Of a stretch of DNA of 64,000 bases, positions 13,887 to 26,124 are shown piece by piece (position 1 is the first letter of the stretch; every line of letters starts with the position of its first letter). The notes beneath the pieces are model-generated. The model searched no databases and had not been told where the DNA came from. It saw only the letters and a program-made list of their open reading frames with translations. The position numbers were made by a program, and so were the translations under genes. The stretch spans positions 570,470-634,469 of the forward strand of contig MNCI01002011.1 in NCBI GenBank assembly GCA_015680685.1, given 5' to 3'. Source of the stretch: Gnetum montanum. Lineage: Eukaryota; Plantae; Gnetophyta.

Positions 13887-15099
13887 CTTGCAAAATGAAC
13901 TAGCAAAACATTAAGTGATACTTGTCTTAACCAAATTGATGTGTGCAAATAAAGGAAAAAAATGTAATGAAAATGTGCCTAAGTATGTAATAGAGGTATA
14001 AAGAGGGGTAAGCACGTATGTGTGCCAGTTTTAGGCCTCAGTAGGCCATGTTTACCAGTTTTAGGTCTTAGTAGACCATAGGTGCTAGTTTTAGGTCTTA
14101 GCGGACCATAGATATGTCAAATGCATCAATTTTGGAAAGACTAGCTATGATCAGGAAGTGAAATCAGGTAAGGCATTGATTGGGCAATGAAAAGCTGGAA
14201 ATTTTGGCTAAGTGTAATTGACTACACTCTCACCCAATTACACTCCCACCAAAAAGTTGAAATTTTTTGGCTAAGTGTGAGCACAGTCCCAAGTAGATGG
14301 GTCATTAAATGACCCCAAGAGGATATAAAAGAACGTTTTACTGTGGGTAAGTTGTCATTTTCAAAGTTGCAAAATGTAAAATTCATAGCGTAGTCTGCAA
14401 CCACCATTGTTTTGCACTGCCATAGCATATTTGAAGACATGACATGCTGAAGTGAATGGCTACAGCTAGGATTGGTGATCATGGTAGAGGGGGAATGAGC
14501 ATTGGGCTACCTACCATAGTCTTGTGTGGAAGAGAGGAGATTGACGACATCTGCTAGGTACCCTAGCTTCACTCTTCCCTTTATTATTTTTTGTTTGTTT
14601 TCTACACTGAGGGTTTGGGGTGTAGACTTTGTTGGCACCTTATCATGGCAAGGGCTATCACTGCCATGGGCCGTTTTGGCTACCGCGACTAGGAGGGGAT
14701 GCATGGTAGGAAGGGTTTGTTCAATGAAGGGTTTGTTCAATGAGGGTTTTGCCTATGGGCCATGGGTGGATATTTGTAGTGGGCACATGTGAGGACGTGA
14801 GGATTTGAGGTCATAATTGGTTTTCAAGAGGGAGGGTTTCCAAAGGCCATGGTTGCAACAGTGGCCAATGTGGACATGAGTGGGAAGGCCACAGGTTGAC
14901 ACAAGGGTTGTGCATGGGGTTGTAGGGCTAGGTAGGGTTTGCTTGCTATAGGGTTTGCTAGGGTGCATGGGGGGTTTCTGTAAAATTTTCCTGTTTCCAT
15001 GGCATGAGCGAAGTAGAAATCAAGGTTTGGTAATGGTCAAAGGTAGTCGATTGTGGGGTAGAAGGCATGGTGAGGGTTCTAAATTTTTTTTTTTTACTT

Positions 15100-18000
15100 T
15101 TGGTGTGAGGTAGGGATGAGGGCTCTGATGGTAGCTGAGGGTGGCTCACTGTAAGGCAAGGGGCACAATAGGGATTTTATCTAACATTGGTTTAGAAGAT
15201 GGGTTGGAATTCATTCCTAGGTGTGGGTAAGTGTTAAGAATGTTGGGGTTGTGCTAGTCGTGGGACAATCACCCTCATGATGTGGTGAGGGTTGTGGGGA
15301 TGATTGAACCCTACAATGTAGCCTCATGGCCATAAGGAGTGGTGAAGGTGCTAAATGCTATGGTGCATTTTTTGTCTCTCTTTTTTTTTTGGAAAAAATT
15401 TTGCAAGGGTCTAGGTAGTGGTAGTGAAAGAGGGCAAGGATTTGTGGGTGTGGTAAGTGTAAAGGCACAGTGTTGCTAGAAGGCTTTGCATGATAGGATG
15501 TGGGTGTGGCATGTGATAATACAGTAGGTGTAAAAGTGAGTTGCATAGGGTGTGATAGGCATGATGGGTAGAAAAGGTGTGGTGGGCACAGTGGGCATGG
15601 CATCTGACACCATAGTAGGGTGCATTATGTAGAGAGCATTAGGGTAGCGACCAAAACTTCATTCCCTATAGGCCATAACTAGGACTATGCTCTCTATTTT
15701 GGAGGTGTAGTTGATGCCAAGTTTTTGGCAAAATGGCTACCCTGAGAGTTAACTTTTTGGGACTATGCTCTATAGAAAATGTAGTCACAGTGCCTAGAGT
15801 TAGAAACCTTTTTCCTTCTTTTTTGACTATGCTCTCTATGGAGGTAACCCAGAGTTAGAATTTTTTCATAAATTTTTGGACTACACTCTATTTTTCATAA
15901 ATTTTTGGACTATACTCTCCTCTACGATAGTACAGAGGTAGAAAAATTTCAGGATTTTTAGACTACGCTCTTCACTAAGGTAATCCGAAGTTAGAAAAAA
16001 CTTGCAAACTATGCATAATGCTAAATTTGTGAAATGTAATAATGCTAATCCTACAAATTGTAACGATGCTAAACCTGTGAAAACATGTTAATGCTAAACC
16101 TATAAAACTTCTGAAAAAAAATGCTAATCTTATGGGAATGTGTTGTACCCTAGTGAGTACTACGTGCATCAAATAAGTTGGTTGATGTTCTATACCTGCG
16201 GGGTCCTAGGGTGCATTGCCAAAATGGAAAAAAAATTATTAATTCATGTTAGATTATGTTAACTTTGTTAAACTTAATTGAATAATTTTATGTTAAAATT
16301 TGCATCTATCTGTGTATATTGACACTTTGTTCATTGCTTGGTGGTGTAGAGTGCTGTTAAAGCCTATATTGGTCATCATGGAGCTCATGGGCATCTTGTG
16401 CTGCATGAGCGAGCCTATTCCTAACATGCTCGTACCAAATATGTGGGTGGGTGTTTAGGTGGTGTGGTTCTAGCTAGGGGCTTGTAAGTTCCTAGGGTAC
16501 ATGTTGCAACAATTTGGTGTGATCATGTGGTCACACTTAGCAGTGGAGGTTGCTAGTGCCATCATAGAGATGTTGCTACTCGGGGCTAATTGGGACATCT
16601 TGAGGTTCATTTAAGATAAGCCTACTAGTAGTAGTGATGAGACAGGTGATTCAAGTAGAGGTCCTAGGAGCACTTGGTGCCTATCTAGGATATAACGCAT
16701 GATAGGCTTCAGTTGCTACAACAAGAGCAACACCCTCTTCATTGCATTGCAGGTGCATACCCTATTCTAGAACCCACTTGGAACTATCTACTGTGTTGGA
16801 GGATAAGTGCTCTTATGCCTTTTATAGTGTATTTTTTGCTATTTGCTCATGCTATCTTGCTAACTTCTCATGCTATCTTGCTAACTGCTCATGCTTAATG
16901 CTAGATTTAGAGTTGATGAGGAGGGCCTACATGATGAGGCAAATGCTCTAGCTTTGACTTGCACTGCCTTGGAGGTGTTCTCCTCTAGTTTGAATGTTTG
17001 AGAGGTTGTGCTTGAGTAGGTGGGGTCTGATTTGGATCTATGTCCTACTTAATACCTAAGGGCATATGAGTGATGTAGGATCCATGGTTGGTTGGATTAG
17101 AAGTGGATCACCAATGTGATTAACACCAATGTTACGATGCCACCCTCATCTCACACCCCATTTTTGCCATGTATGCTTCTAAGTTTTAGCTCATGTGCTT
17201 GCTTATGTGTTGCTTGTTGGTTTGCCTTTTGCATGATGCTAACATTGTTTTGCCTTGGTTGTAGCTACAATTGCTTTAGGCCAGGTGACAGTGGTCTTCA
17301 TAGGCCGCACAGAGGCCATCCTCATCATAAAATATAATGATGTGGAGGTTGCGTAGCATTGGTTGTGCCACACGGCCTCAGAGGCACTGACAGCTAGACT
17401 CATACATGTGGGGTTGATGTCCTATTTTTGGTCCTTAGCTTGAGTATTTTGGTAGTTGAAATGATCACCATCATTGACTCCTTCATTAGTGACGTTCAAC
17501 AATTTGTCACCCAAGTGTGTGGTGTGAGGGTAGTGCTCGACCTCAGCAAGGCCTTCTTTGTTGATCTCTTTGGCCTTCCCACTGATAGCCTTTTGATTGT
17601 TGATAAGGCCAACAGGGAGGTGGATCATAGAAATGAGATTTAGGATGAGTTGGGGGCCACCTGATATCACAAGGGCATACCAATCAATGATGTGCTTGTG
17701 CTCGAGGTATGGAAGCTCTATCCTCTTTTTTATGCACATGCCTTCTTGGGGTGGAGTAGGCATAAGTGATGAAAGAGGTGCTACTGGAGGGTACAAGATT
17801 CAATTGGAATACCTATATAGTGACTGGTTTGCAAGTGGAGATATCCACTCTATGGTTTAACATCCAGGTGCGATCCTACATCCACTTTGCATTCTTCACA
17901 TAATACCTGTAAAGGTTTGTAGAGCTATTGGTTATGTACAATTGTGGGCATTGGATGATGCAAGACCATGAGAAGCTATCTAAGCCATGGATCAAGCACT

Positions 18001-19960
18001 TGTTCATGACCACCTAAGCATAGGACCCCCTAAAGGAGATCAACGAGTCATTATCCATAATGACTAAAGGTTTTGTGGGGCAGTCACACTATTCACCTAA
18101 TGGTGTGGGTGAGGGCCCTCCAATTGGCATTGGAGACATGACTAAGGTGGATCGCTACATTCTAGAGATGGTGGGACTATCTAAAGAAAAGATTAAGAGA
18201 CCACATGCTATGGAGAAGGCTTCTCCTAAGGTCAAGAGGCCAAGTAGCAAGAAGATCTGTATCAAGTTTCAAAGCTTGTGTATAGAGGTTGCAGGTTAGT
18301 ACATGTAACTTGTTAGATGCATTTATTGTATTTATGTGTTTATATTTTTATGTTTCTCAGTTATGCTATGTTATTAACTATTGCTAATGTGCTATGCATA
18401 TTTGTTGATTGTAGAGACTGGAGAGAGGGCTGCCAGAGTAGCAGTCAAGGCAGTAGCAGAAGAAGTACCTTCCCAAACTAAGGAGGGTGAGGCTCATGGA
18501 GATGAGCTACTTGGCATAGCAGAGATCCTCCAGTAGTTGGAGGAGGAGGAGTTGGTCCACCCCAATGGAGGTGAATTTGATTGCCTATTTGATGACATAC
18601 AATTGGGTGATCCTTCTACACTCATTTCTGAGGGCTTGCTAGGTAGGTACTTTGTGTTGCCATTTGTTGATACCTTCTTGCTCTAACATCTTTGGTTGTT
18701 TGGTTGTGTGCTAATTGCATCATTATGCTATAGCCTTAGATGTTTTTGTTAGTGGTTCCACCTTTATTTATCACATGGATCCATGGGTAGACATACCCAA
18801 CAAATTTTCCTTCATGGAAGGCATTGTGGAGGACATGGTGCATCATTTACAATAGACAAATCCCAAGCTCAGTATGTTTGCTATTTTTCTTTCCTTAATG
18901 TTGCTTTACCGATTAAATGATGTGGCTAAGATTATTTACTTTTTGCATGCTAATAGGTTCTAAGATTCATTGGGATTTGAGCAAGGTGGAAAAGGTGGAT
19001 GCCCTCCTTGACCTCCCTCCTAAGGTGAATTAGGTGTCTCATCGCATGTATGAGATAGCGAGCAACTACATGCTTTCTTATGCAAAAGTGTTATGGGTCT
19101 ATAGGCACTTGAATGAACACCTGTGGAAATGTGTACATGACTTGCAAGAGAGAGTGACCAGCTAGGTTATGAAGATCATAGATCCTCAATCCCGATATGA
19201 GTTTCTAGCAGCTCAGTCATAGGGAGATAACACTTGGGGGATATTTGAGATAGAATATGCTCATTATTGGTTAGCTCTTAGAGGCAGAAATGAGGCCATG
19301 TGGGAGGCAATTAAATAGTGGCTAGAGATGGATCTACTCATATAAAAGAACCAAGATTGGAAGAATTATAGAACTAAAGTGTACGAGTAAGGGTAGACAT
19401 AGAAGAACCACAAGCACCAAGGAAAGTGCAAGCACGATGCATACCTTCAATGGTATAAGGAGAAGTCTATCAAATGCCATTGCCTCAAGATATTCCTTGA
19501 GGTGATAAGTGGGAGGCATGCCTATGAATTGTTTGCTTAACACATAGTGGTGAGTGGCTCTCCTGAGTAGTAGATTGTCACTCCTTTGGGAGAGGCTTCT
19601 TCTACTACATTTTCCATGGAGACACCCACATGGACCTCCATGGACAAAGGCAAGATTCTTATGGGGATTGACTTTGGCCAAAAGGACTAGACGTAGCTTT
19701 CAAAGGCCAAGATCATCTGACACTTGGAAGAAGGCCCTAACAAGTTGCCACTAGAAGACATCGATGTAGGACCCTCTTAGGTTAGTTATTGATTTTTGTA
19801 CTTTTTCATGTTTTAGGCTATCTTATGTATTATAGCTTTTCTTGTTAATTACTCATTTTTGTTGTGGTTATAGTAGCAAGTACTAGGAGATGCTATGGGC
19901 CCCAAAAATGTAGTGGGGGAAGAGGAACCTCCACCTTCACCTAGTGTCACTAGTTGAGCA
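15100..19960 (+). pseudogene. Antisense 8-exon accessory gene of A (FCP1/HAD-like domain plus coiled coil), decayed
   Basis: Inferred exons: ?-15226, 16350-16802, 16905-17170, 17265-18294, 18415-18642, 18734-18871, 18957-19780, 19874-~19960. T-rich GT..AG introns (the second donor has decayed to ATAAG). Exons 2-7 translate to homologs of B's exons. Exon 1 is tentative. Confidence 0.85.
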
Positions 19961-20244
19961 TGACTTGATGTAGCCCCATTGCTAGGCATTTTTGCATATT
20001 TTTTGTTCTATGTATTTTGCTACTTATGCTATGTACTGCTATTCGTGTGTTATGTAATACATGTGTTCACTATATGTGTAATGTGCAATCTGTATTTTTA
20101 TTTTATTTATTTTATGCTTACTATGCTTGTAATGCGATGGATTAATGCACTAAGTTAGGATTATGCAATGATAATGTACTAGGCTATTATTAGCCCCATG
20201 CCTGTTTAAGGTCATGAAAGGAGGGTTGATGTTACTTTAAGGTC

Positions 20245-20410
20245 ATTTTGAGCCTTGTGTTGCCAGTTTAAGGCCATGGTAGGCCATAGTGATAGTTTTA
20301 GGCCATTTTGGGCCACACATTGCCAGTTTAAGGCCATGGCAGGCCATAGTAATAGTTTTAGGCCATTTCAGGCCACACATGGCTAGTTTAAGGCCATGGT
20401 GGGCCATAAT
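20245..20410 (-). repeat. 60-bp (2 x 30) tandem repeat with TAAACTGGCA core at the gag-proximal end of the A spacer
   Basis: gccagttttaaggccatgg.aggccata repeated three times at 60-bp period. Confidence 0.85.
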
Positions 20411-20539
20411 GATGTTATTTCTCTTTTTGTAAAGATGGATTTTTTGATTTTTATGTGTTTTTATGTTTTTCATGCATAAGCTGATAAATGATAAAGGATA
20501 AACTAAATGAGCAAATGCACAGAATAAATTAGGCTATAA

Positions 20540-22356
20540 AACATTTAAGGGGTAGTGGGGTATACTTTGAGTGATCCTTGTGCTCAAAGTTAGGCCTCGA
20601 AGCTACATGCATTTTCATCATCAATGATGTAGGCTAGTTGGTTGTTGCACTAGAGTTGACAATTTTGTTGTTGGTCGGGGCCTTGGGTGGTCTGGCCATA
20701 GGCTTTGAATTAGTTATTTTGGCCTTATTGGCCATAGTTGCCATGGTTGTAGTTTTTTTGCCTTTGTCCTTGGTGTGTAAGTTCTTATAGGCCATGTAGG
20801 CTAGGTCCTTGCTAGCTTCTGCCACATCTTGTATGCTCTTAGTTTGGGCAAAAGCTTGGCTTAGGGATTGCGAGGCTAGATAGTATAGTTTTAACTTGAT
20901 AAAGTATTGATTGCATCCTTGAAGATGGCCAGTAGGTGCATTTTAGCTATGGGATCACAGATTTCATTCAATGAGGTGCTCCATCATTGGATAAAGTTTT
21001 GCACAAGCTGTAGATGGCCTTGCTTGATTTGCATGAGTTGGTCAAGGGTAGTTTTGGGCTTCAAGTTATACTTGAAGCAAGTGATGAATTGACTCAACAA
21101 ATACTCCAAAGAGGAGATTGAGGTCCTAGGTAACACTTGGTACCAATTGAATGCCTTGCCAATGAGTAACATGGCGAAGACATGTATGATGGTGTGTGGC
21201 CATGTCTATAGTAATAAGCACTTAGATTAGAAGGTCACCAGGTGTGCATTAGAATCCCCTTCACTATTGTACTTGGTGAAGTGAGGAAGTGGGATACCCA
21301 TTGGGAGAGTCAGTGGTGGAACAATAGAACTTATGAGATCATCTTGGTAAAAGTTCATCAGGTGAACTATTTCGGAGGAGGCGGCCTTGATCCACTTGAC
21401 CTATTCTATTAAGGTTTGGGTCAACTAGAATGCTTGACCCAAGCCTTGGGATGCGACAGTGGGCTATTGCAGTTGTGTTGCCTACTATGCTAGTTGCGTG
21501 ATCCATGACCTGGTTGTAGGTTGGGTGGCCACACAAGATGCTTGTTGCATTGCTTGTGCCATAAACATAGTGGCTACAGCCCAACATGTGTGTGTGGGTT
21601 GGACCACAACAAAGGGTGTCGATGAGATAGGCAGGGCATAAGATGCCTAAGTTATTTGTGGTTAAGGGATATGCATGGTGTGCATGTAGGGCTTTGTGGG
21701 CATGATGGTTGCTGGTAGGGATGATGGAGTGGGTTGCAAAAATGCCACAAAGGAAAATTTGACTAGAGGTATTGCATCCTAACATGTGTACTACATTTGG
21801 TGGATTGCCACCATAGGCATTGACCTAAGGGATGACATTGAGGCTATAATTTTCTCCAAGAAGATAGTTGGATGGGATTATGGAAAGACTAACCAAGGGT
21901 TGTTCGTTGGAAGGAGGCATGAAAAGAGTCCTCATGCTTTGAATGAGCTTTGAGCTCATCCTGATCTTCTTGCAAGGGCTCCTCATAATTCGTCCCCACC
22001 TCATGCTCATTTGTTTAGATGAGATGGGCTAAGATCCAGTGGTAGGATCTGGTAAGCAGGGTGAAGTTAATAGAGGAAGGGATGTACTCCCATCTATTTT
22101 AATGGATGAGTTTGTAGCCCTACTTGGCTTCCATGTTCATGTAGTCTCAAAATAGGCCCTTTTGGAGCTTCATGTAGATAAAATTGTAATACTCATCATT
22201 GAGTGCTATGTACTCAAGATCCTAGTTGCAAAACCTAAGGGATTGCCTAGGCTCTACCATGATAGGATTGGTAGGATGGTCAACCCTTTTTTCTTGTTGA
22301 GTAGGCACAATAGCAAATGTGCTTGAAACTATTGCTAAATGTTTTTCAGAATTCAT
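20540..22356 (-). pseudogene. gag: A gag
   Basis: KAFNWYQVLPRTSISSLEYLLSQFITCFKYNLKP matches B gag RALDWYRALPQNSISSLEDLLHQFVTRFKYNLKP. Ends at KYTPLP. Confidence 0.88.
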
Positions 22357-22369
22357 GTTGCTAATTGAA

Positions 22370-22500
22370 AGTTGCAAAAGAAATGGCTAAGTCTAAAAAT
22401 TTTAGGAAAATGGATAAGTCTAAAAATTGTAGAAAAATGACTAACTCTAGAAAAAATGGCTATCTAAGGATTATAGAAAAATGGCTAAGTCTAAAGACTA
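22370..22500. repeat. Short tandem repeats in A 5' UTR
   Basis: Four to five copies of gaaaaatggctaagtctaaa. Confidence 0.75.
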
Positions 22501-22795
22501 CGCTCTCTACATTGAGAGTCAACTATGCTTTCTACTGAGAGCCTAGAATTTAGTTAGGTGCAGGAAGGGATGCCTTGGGGTTGCTATGCAAGGGTTCTAA
22601 GGGAACTAGTGATCGGGTCTAGTCTACATCCATTGGTTTGTAGAAAACATCTACATTGGCGTAAGATTTAGCTACTGCCACACGTGGTAGGTCCATAGGG
22701 GTGTTGGGTCTATGCTAGCCTGGGGCTAGCAACGATGACATAGAGAGCACACAAGACAACAACCAATGGAGTTCTAAAAGAGGGAAATAGATCTA

Positions 22796-22813
22796 GCCCT
22801 ACTTTTAGCACTA
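22796..22813 (-). promoter_or_regulatory. Degenerate primer-binding site of A (tRNA-Asn type)
   Basis: Minus reads tagtgctaaaagtagggc versus tggcgctagaaggagggc in B, next to the LTR end. Confidence 0.75.
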
Positions 22814-22820
22814 GAAAAAT

Positions 22821-23496
22821 TGTAGTGGTTGAAAACATTGGCTGTTGGAATGGAACATTAAGAGGTTTGTGAATGCATAGCTTTAAACCCGAATCCATGT
22901 GAGGGCTTGCTAGAGGCAGAGACAAGGTGCCCAATATGGTCTTGTCGATCAAATGGGAACTTACAAAATGTAATGCCAAAATGATGCTAAGTGTGTGCAT
23001 AGTGTCCACAGTGTTAATGGGGGTGAGCGTAGTCTAGGTTTTTGGTGTAAAATGCAAGTGTTGATGCATAGTTATATGTGAAAACAACCAAAAATAGAAG
23101 TAAAATTCCAAAATGCAAGTAAAAATGCTAAAAAATGCACAAGGGAGAGAGCGAGAGAAAAAGTGGCACCACCCTAAATAGGGTTGAGTGTAGTTAACCT
23201 CAAAAGGGGTGAGAAGGTACATGGTGTATAGTAGTTATAGTGGACAACATAGTCTAGTCTTGGGGTGTCTGGGCCATGAAAACTAACATCCACTATGGTG
23301 TCTATGCCTATTAGGTTGGCCATCGTGGTGTGTAATGGACTACGATGGTCTGTGATGTGCTATGGTGTTTCTCAAACACCTTGCCTTGCTGAGATGCTAA
23401 AGTGCCAAATGCTAGAGATGCCAACTAAAATGCCAAAAATTCCAAGCTCATTTCAGATTTACCAACCTATAAAATGTAGAAGGTTGGGGTATTTAT
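22821..23496 (-). repeat. A 5' LTR, R/U5 part only
   Basis: Aligns to 7130-7790; homology stops at the TATA box (ggggtatttat). Confidence 0.9.
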
Positions 23497-23593
23497 TTTG
23501 TATTCTTGGAGAATAGTCAGCGAGTACTCGTAGTATGGATCTAAGTCAGTTGTATGACATCTTATTCAAGTAGTAATGTACCTAGACACATTC
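23493..23593 (+). repeat. C 5' LTR, second fragment
   Basis: Aligns to 28586-28686 (ttatt.tgta.tctt.gagaa...aatgtacct.gacacattc); flanked by deletions on both sides. Confidence 0.8.
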
Positions 23594-23699
23594 ACCTAAG
23601 ATAGACAATCCTAGAGGAGATGAGGTAAGTCCTAGACCAAGGGAGGCCTCAAGGCATAGGACCTCCTCAAAACCTAGAAAATATAAATTAAAGGACAAT

Positions 23700-26124
23700 G
23701 GGGAACACTATAGAAGCCATGAAAGCTCTCCTAATTTCTCATCTTCCTCTTCCTCTTCAATGTCTGGTTCTAATGAAGACGAATGTAGGTATAGAGATCA
23801 ATCTCCACTATGGGGTCGAAATAAGGATAGAAATCAAACCCAAGGGCAAAATAAAAGACATCATAATGAACATAGAAAAAATCATCACAATCAAATAAAA
23901 AGAAATAGAAATTTTTACCACAACATGTGTGATGACAGTGAACCCTTGTTGGCCATTAAGATCATGATGTAGATCATAGAGGCAGTTAAAATACCTCATA
24001 GGCATCGCAAGGAAAGTTGCATCAAAAGGCTTGATATGAATAACATCCCTAAATTTATAGGAGGCTATAATTCTGATCCATAACATCATTTGCAAGCCTT
24101 CCATGATGCCTACATTTTACAGAACATTGAAAGTGGATGTAAAAAGCTTAAGCTCTTTCCTAGGATACTAATAGATAAAGCCAAAGTGTGGTATAGATCA
24201 TTGAAACTAAATTCATTCCATCAGTGGTTCACAATGCTAAAACTCTTCAACAAGAAATACCAAACCTATTTGAGGGTGTCCAACCTAAGGAAAAAATCCA
24301 AGGATGGAAACAAGAACAACATGAATGCTTGGATATGGACTTTGATAGATACTATTCTCTACTGAATAAATGTCTAGGCCATGGTTTCTCTCAAGAAGAG
24401 CAACATTTTCACATCATAGATGGGCTTCATAGTCAAACAAGAGAGACCCTTGGGATGTATGCTTAAGTTCAATTGTATGAACTAGGAATCCATCAGATCC
24501 AAAAGTTATCAAGCATGTGGCAAAAGAAGAAGGAGAGCTGTGTAAATGAGAGAATGTTGAGAAATATCAATGGGACGCAACTCTTAAAAAGAAGAGGATC
24601 CATATCTATGATCAGGAAAAAGAGGTAGCTCTTGATGCTGTGATTTTACAACAAACCTTGCCAATACAAAATTCGATTGATGAGCTTGAAGCAAAGCTAG
24701 ATAAGATGTCAAAATGAATAAATTAGAAAGTTATAACTTGCATAGAAATTGTAGAGGGGAGAGTAATGCAAAATGAATCAAGTGACCATAACAAAAGAAG
24801 AAAAAGGGACCAAGAGATAGGTAAAAACACTAATTAGTAGAAAGAAAGTATGGTTGTAAAAGAAGAGGCTATAGACTTAACCACTGATGAAGATGATGGA
24901 TGTGACATCTAGATATATGCCCATCTAAAGGGCTATTGCCCAGTCATGTTACATCTACATAAGTATTGGGATTTTTTATTGACTCCTAAGTTCCCATAAA
25001 AGAAAATGCCTAGGAAATTACCTTTCTCACTAGTTAATTATAAATAGTCCTACAACCAATCGTACCATCCTAGTGGAACTTCTTACCAACCTCAATACTA
25101 TCATTTAACGTAGTGGCAAAACCCACAATCATGGGGGAGGACATCATGAAACCAATATTACCCGTATTACTAGTCAAAACCATACAGATATTATGTTCAA
25201 CAACCTGTTTCCCCAACTAGTTCTACATCCTCTACTTCAAATCGCTACTACCACTATCTCAAATGTCATCGACCTGTGATATCTTCTGAAGGATTACCAC
25301 CTCACACCTCTTACCCTCCATCATATCTTCAATATTCTCATACTCAACTCCACTATATGACACCACTAGTAACATAGGAATGTTCAACACCACGATATCA
25401 ATGAGAGAATGCCACTTATGTTGCAAACATACATAGAAATGATAAAGCTAGTAGATCTTCACCAAAATCTTGGAAATGTCCTTTCTTTACGATGGTTCCC
25501 ATGCATAAGCACAACACTCATGGACCTACTAACTCATCCAAACTAGCACAATGCCAATCAAGTACAACACCCTTCCTTTCACAACTAATGTCCTCCAATC
25601 ATATGCAAAGACCAACATTCATTGTTGCTCCAATACTTAACAAAAATGATGAATCTATCATTGTGGGGAGATAGAAGAATCCATGCATTACTACTACTAG
25701 TAAAGGATGTAGTTGTGGGTTGAAAATTCAAAATATTAACATAACCCACAACAAAGTTAAGGAGCAAGTGTGTGAGCAAAAACCAATCTATGTAGTAGCC
25801 ACTAAACTAGAAGACACCAAGTGGCTTGAAAATGAGAATATAAAACTATTTTGAAGATGCATGGAAATAACCAATTCACTTATTAGTTTTAGACTTAAGA
25901 AAATAGACGAAATAGAGGACTTAGATGCATATATCTTACACTCTGATTATACACCGGAAAAGGATATTAAAAATAGAGACTTGGGAATTAAAATAGAAAA
26001 TCAAGAAGAAGAAGCAAACACATCTAGACCCCTCAAAATGGAAATACCTTTAATTCCAAATGAAGATACATCTCTGAATGATCCAAATGAGACTATAAAA
26101 AATGTTAGATGTGCTGCCACATGA
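23700..26124 (+). pseudogene. gag: C degenerate gag with low-complexity Gln/Tyr/Pro/Ser and acidic C-terminal part
   Basis: HLQAFHDAYILQNIESGCKKLKLFPRILIDKAKVWYRSL (retrotransposon gag core), homologous to E gag 30480-31000. Boundaries approximate. Confidence 0.75.

Larger units (their letters stand above)
7130..23496 (-). mobile_element. Tat-type (aRNaseH-bearing) gypsy element A, older, 5' LTR truncated
   Basis: LTR pair 7130-8435 and 22821-23496, degenerate tRNA-Asn PBS, PPT, gag and RT-RH-aRH-INT colinear with B. Protease region absent. Confidence 0.92.
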
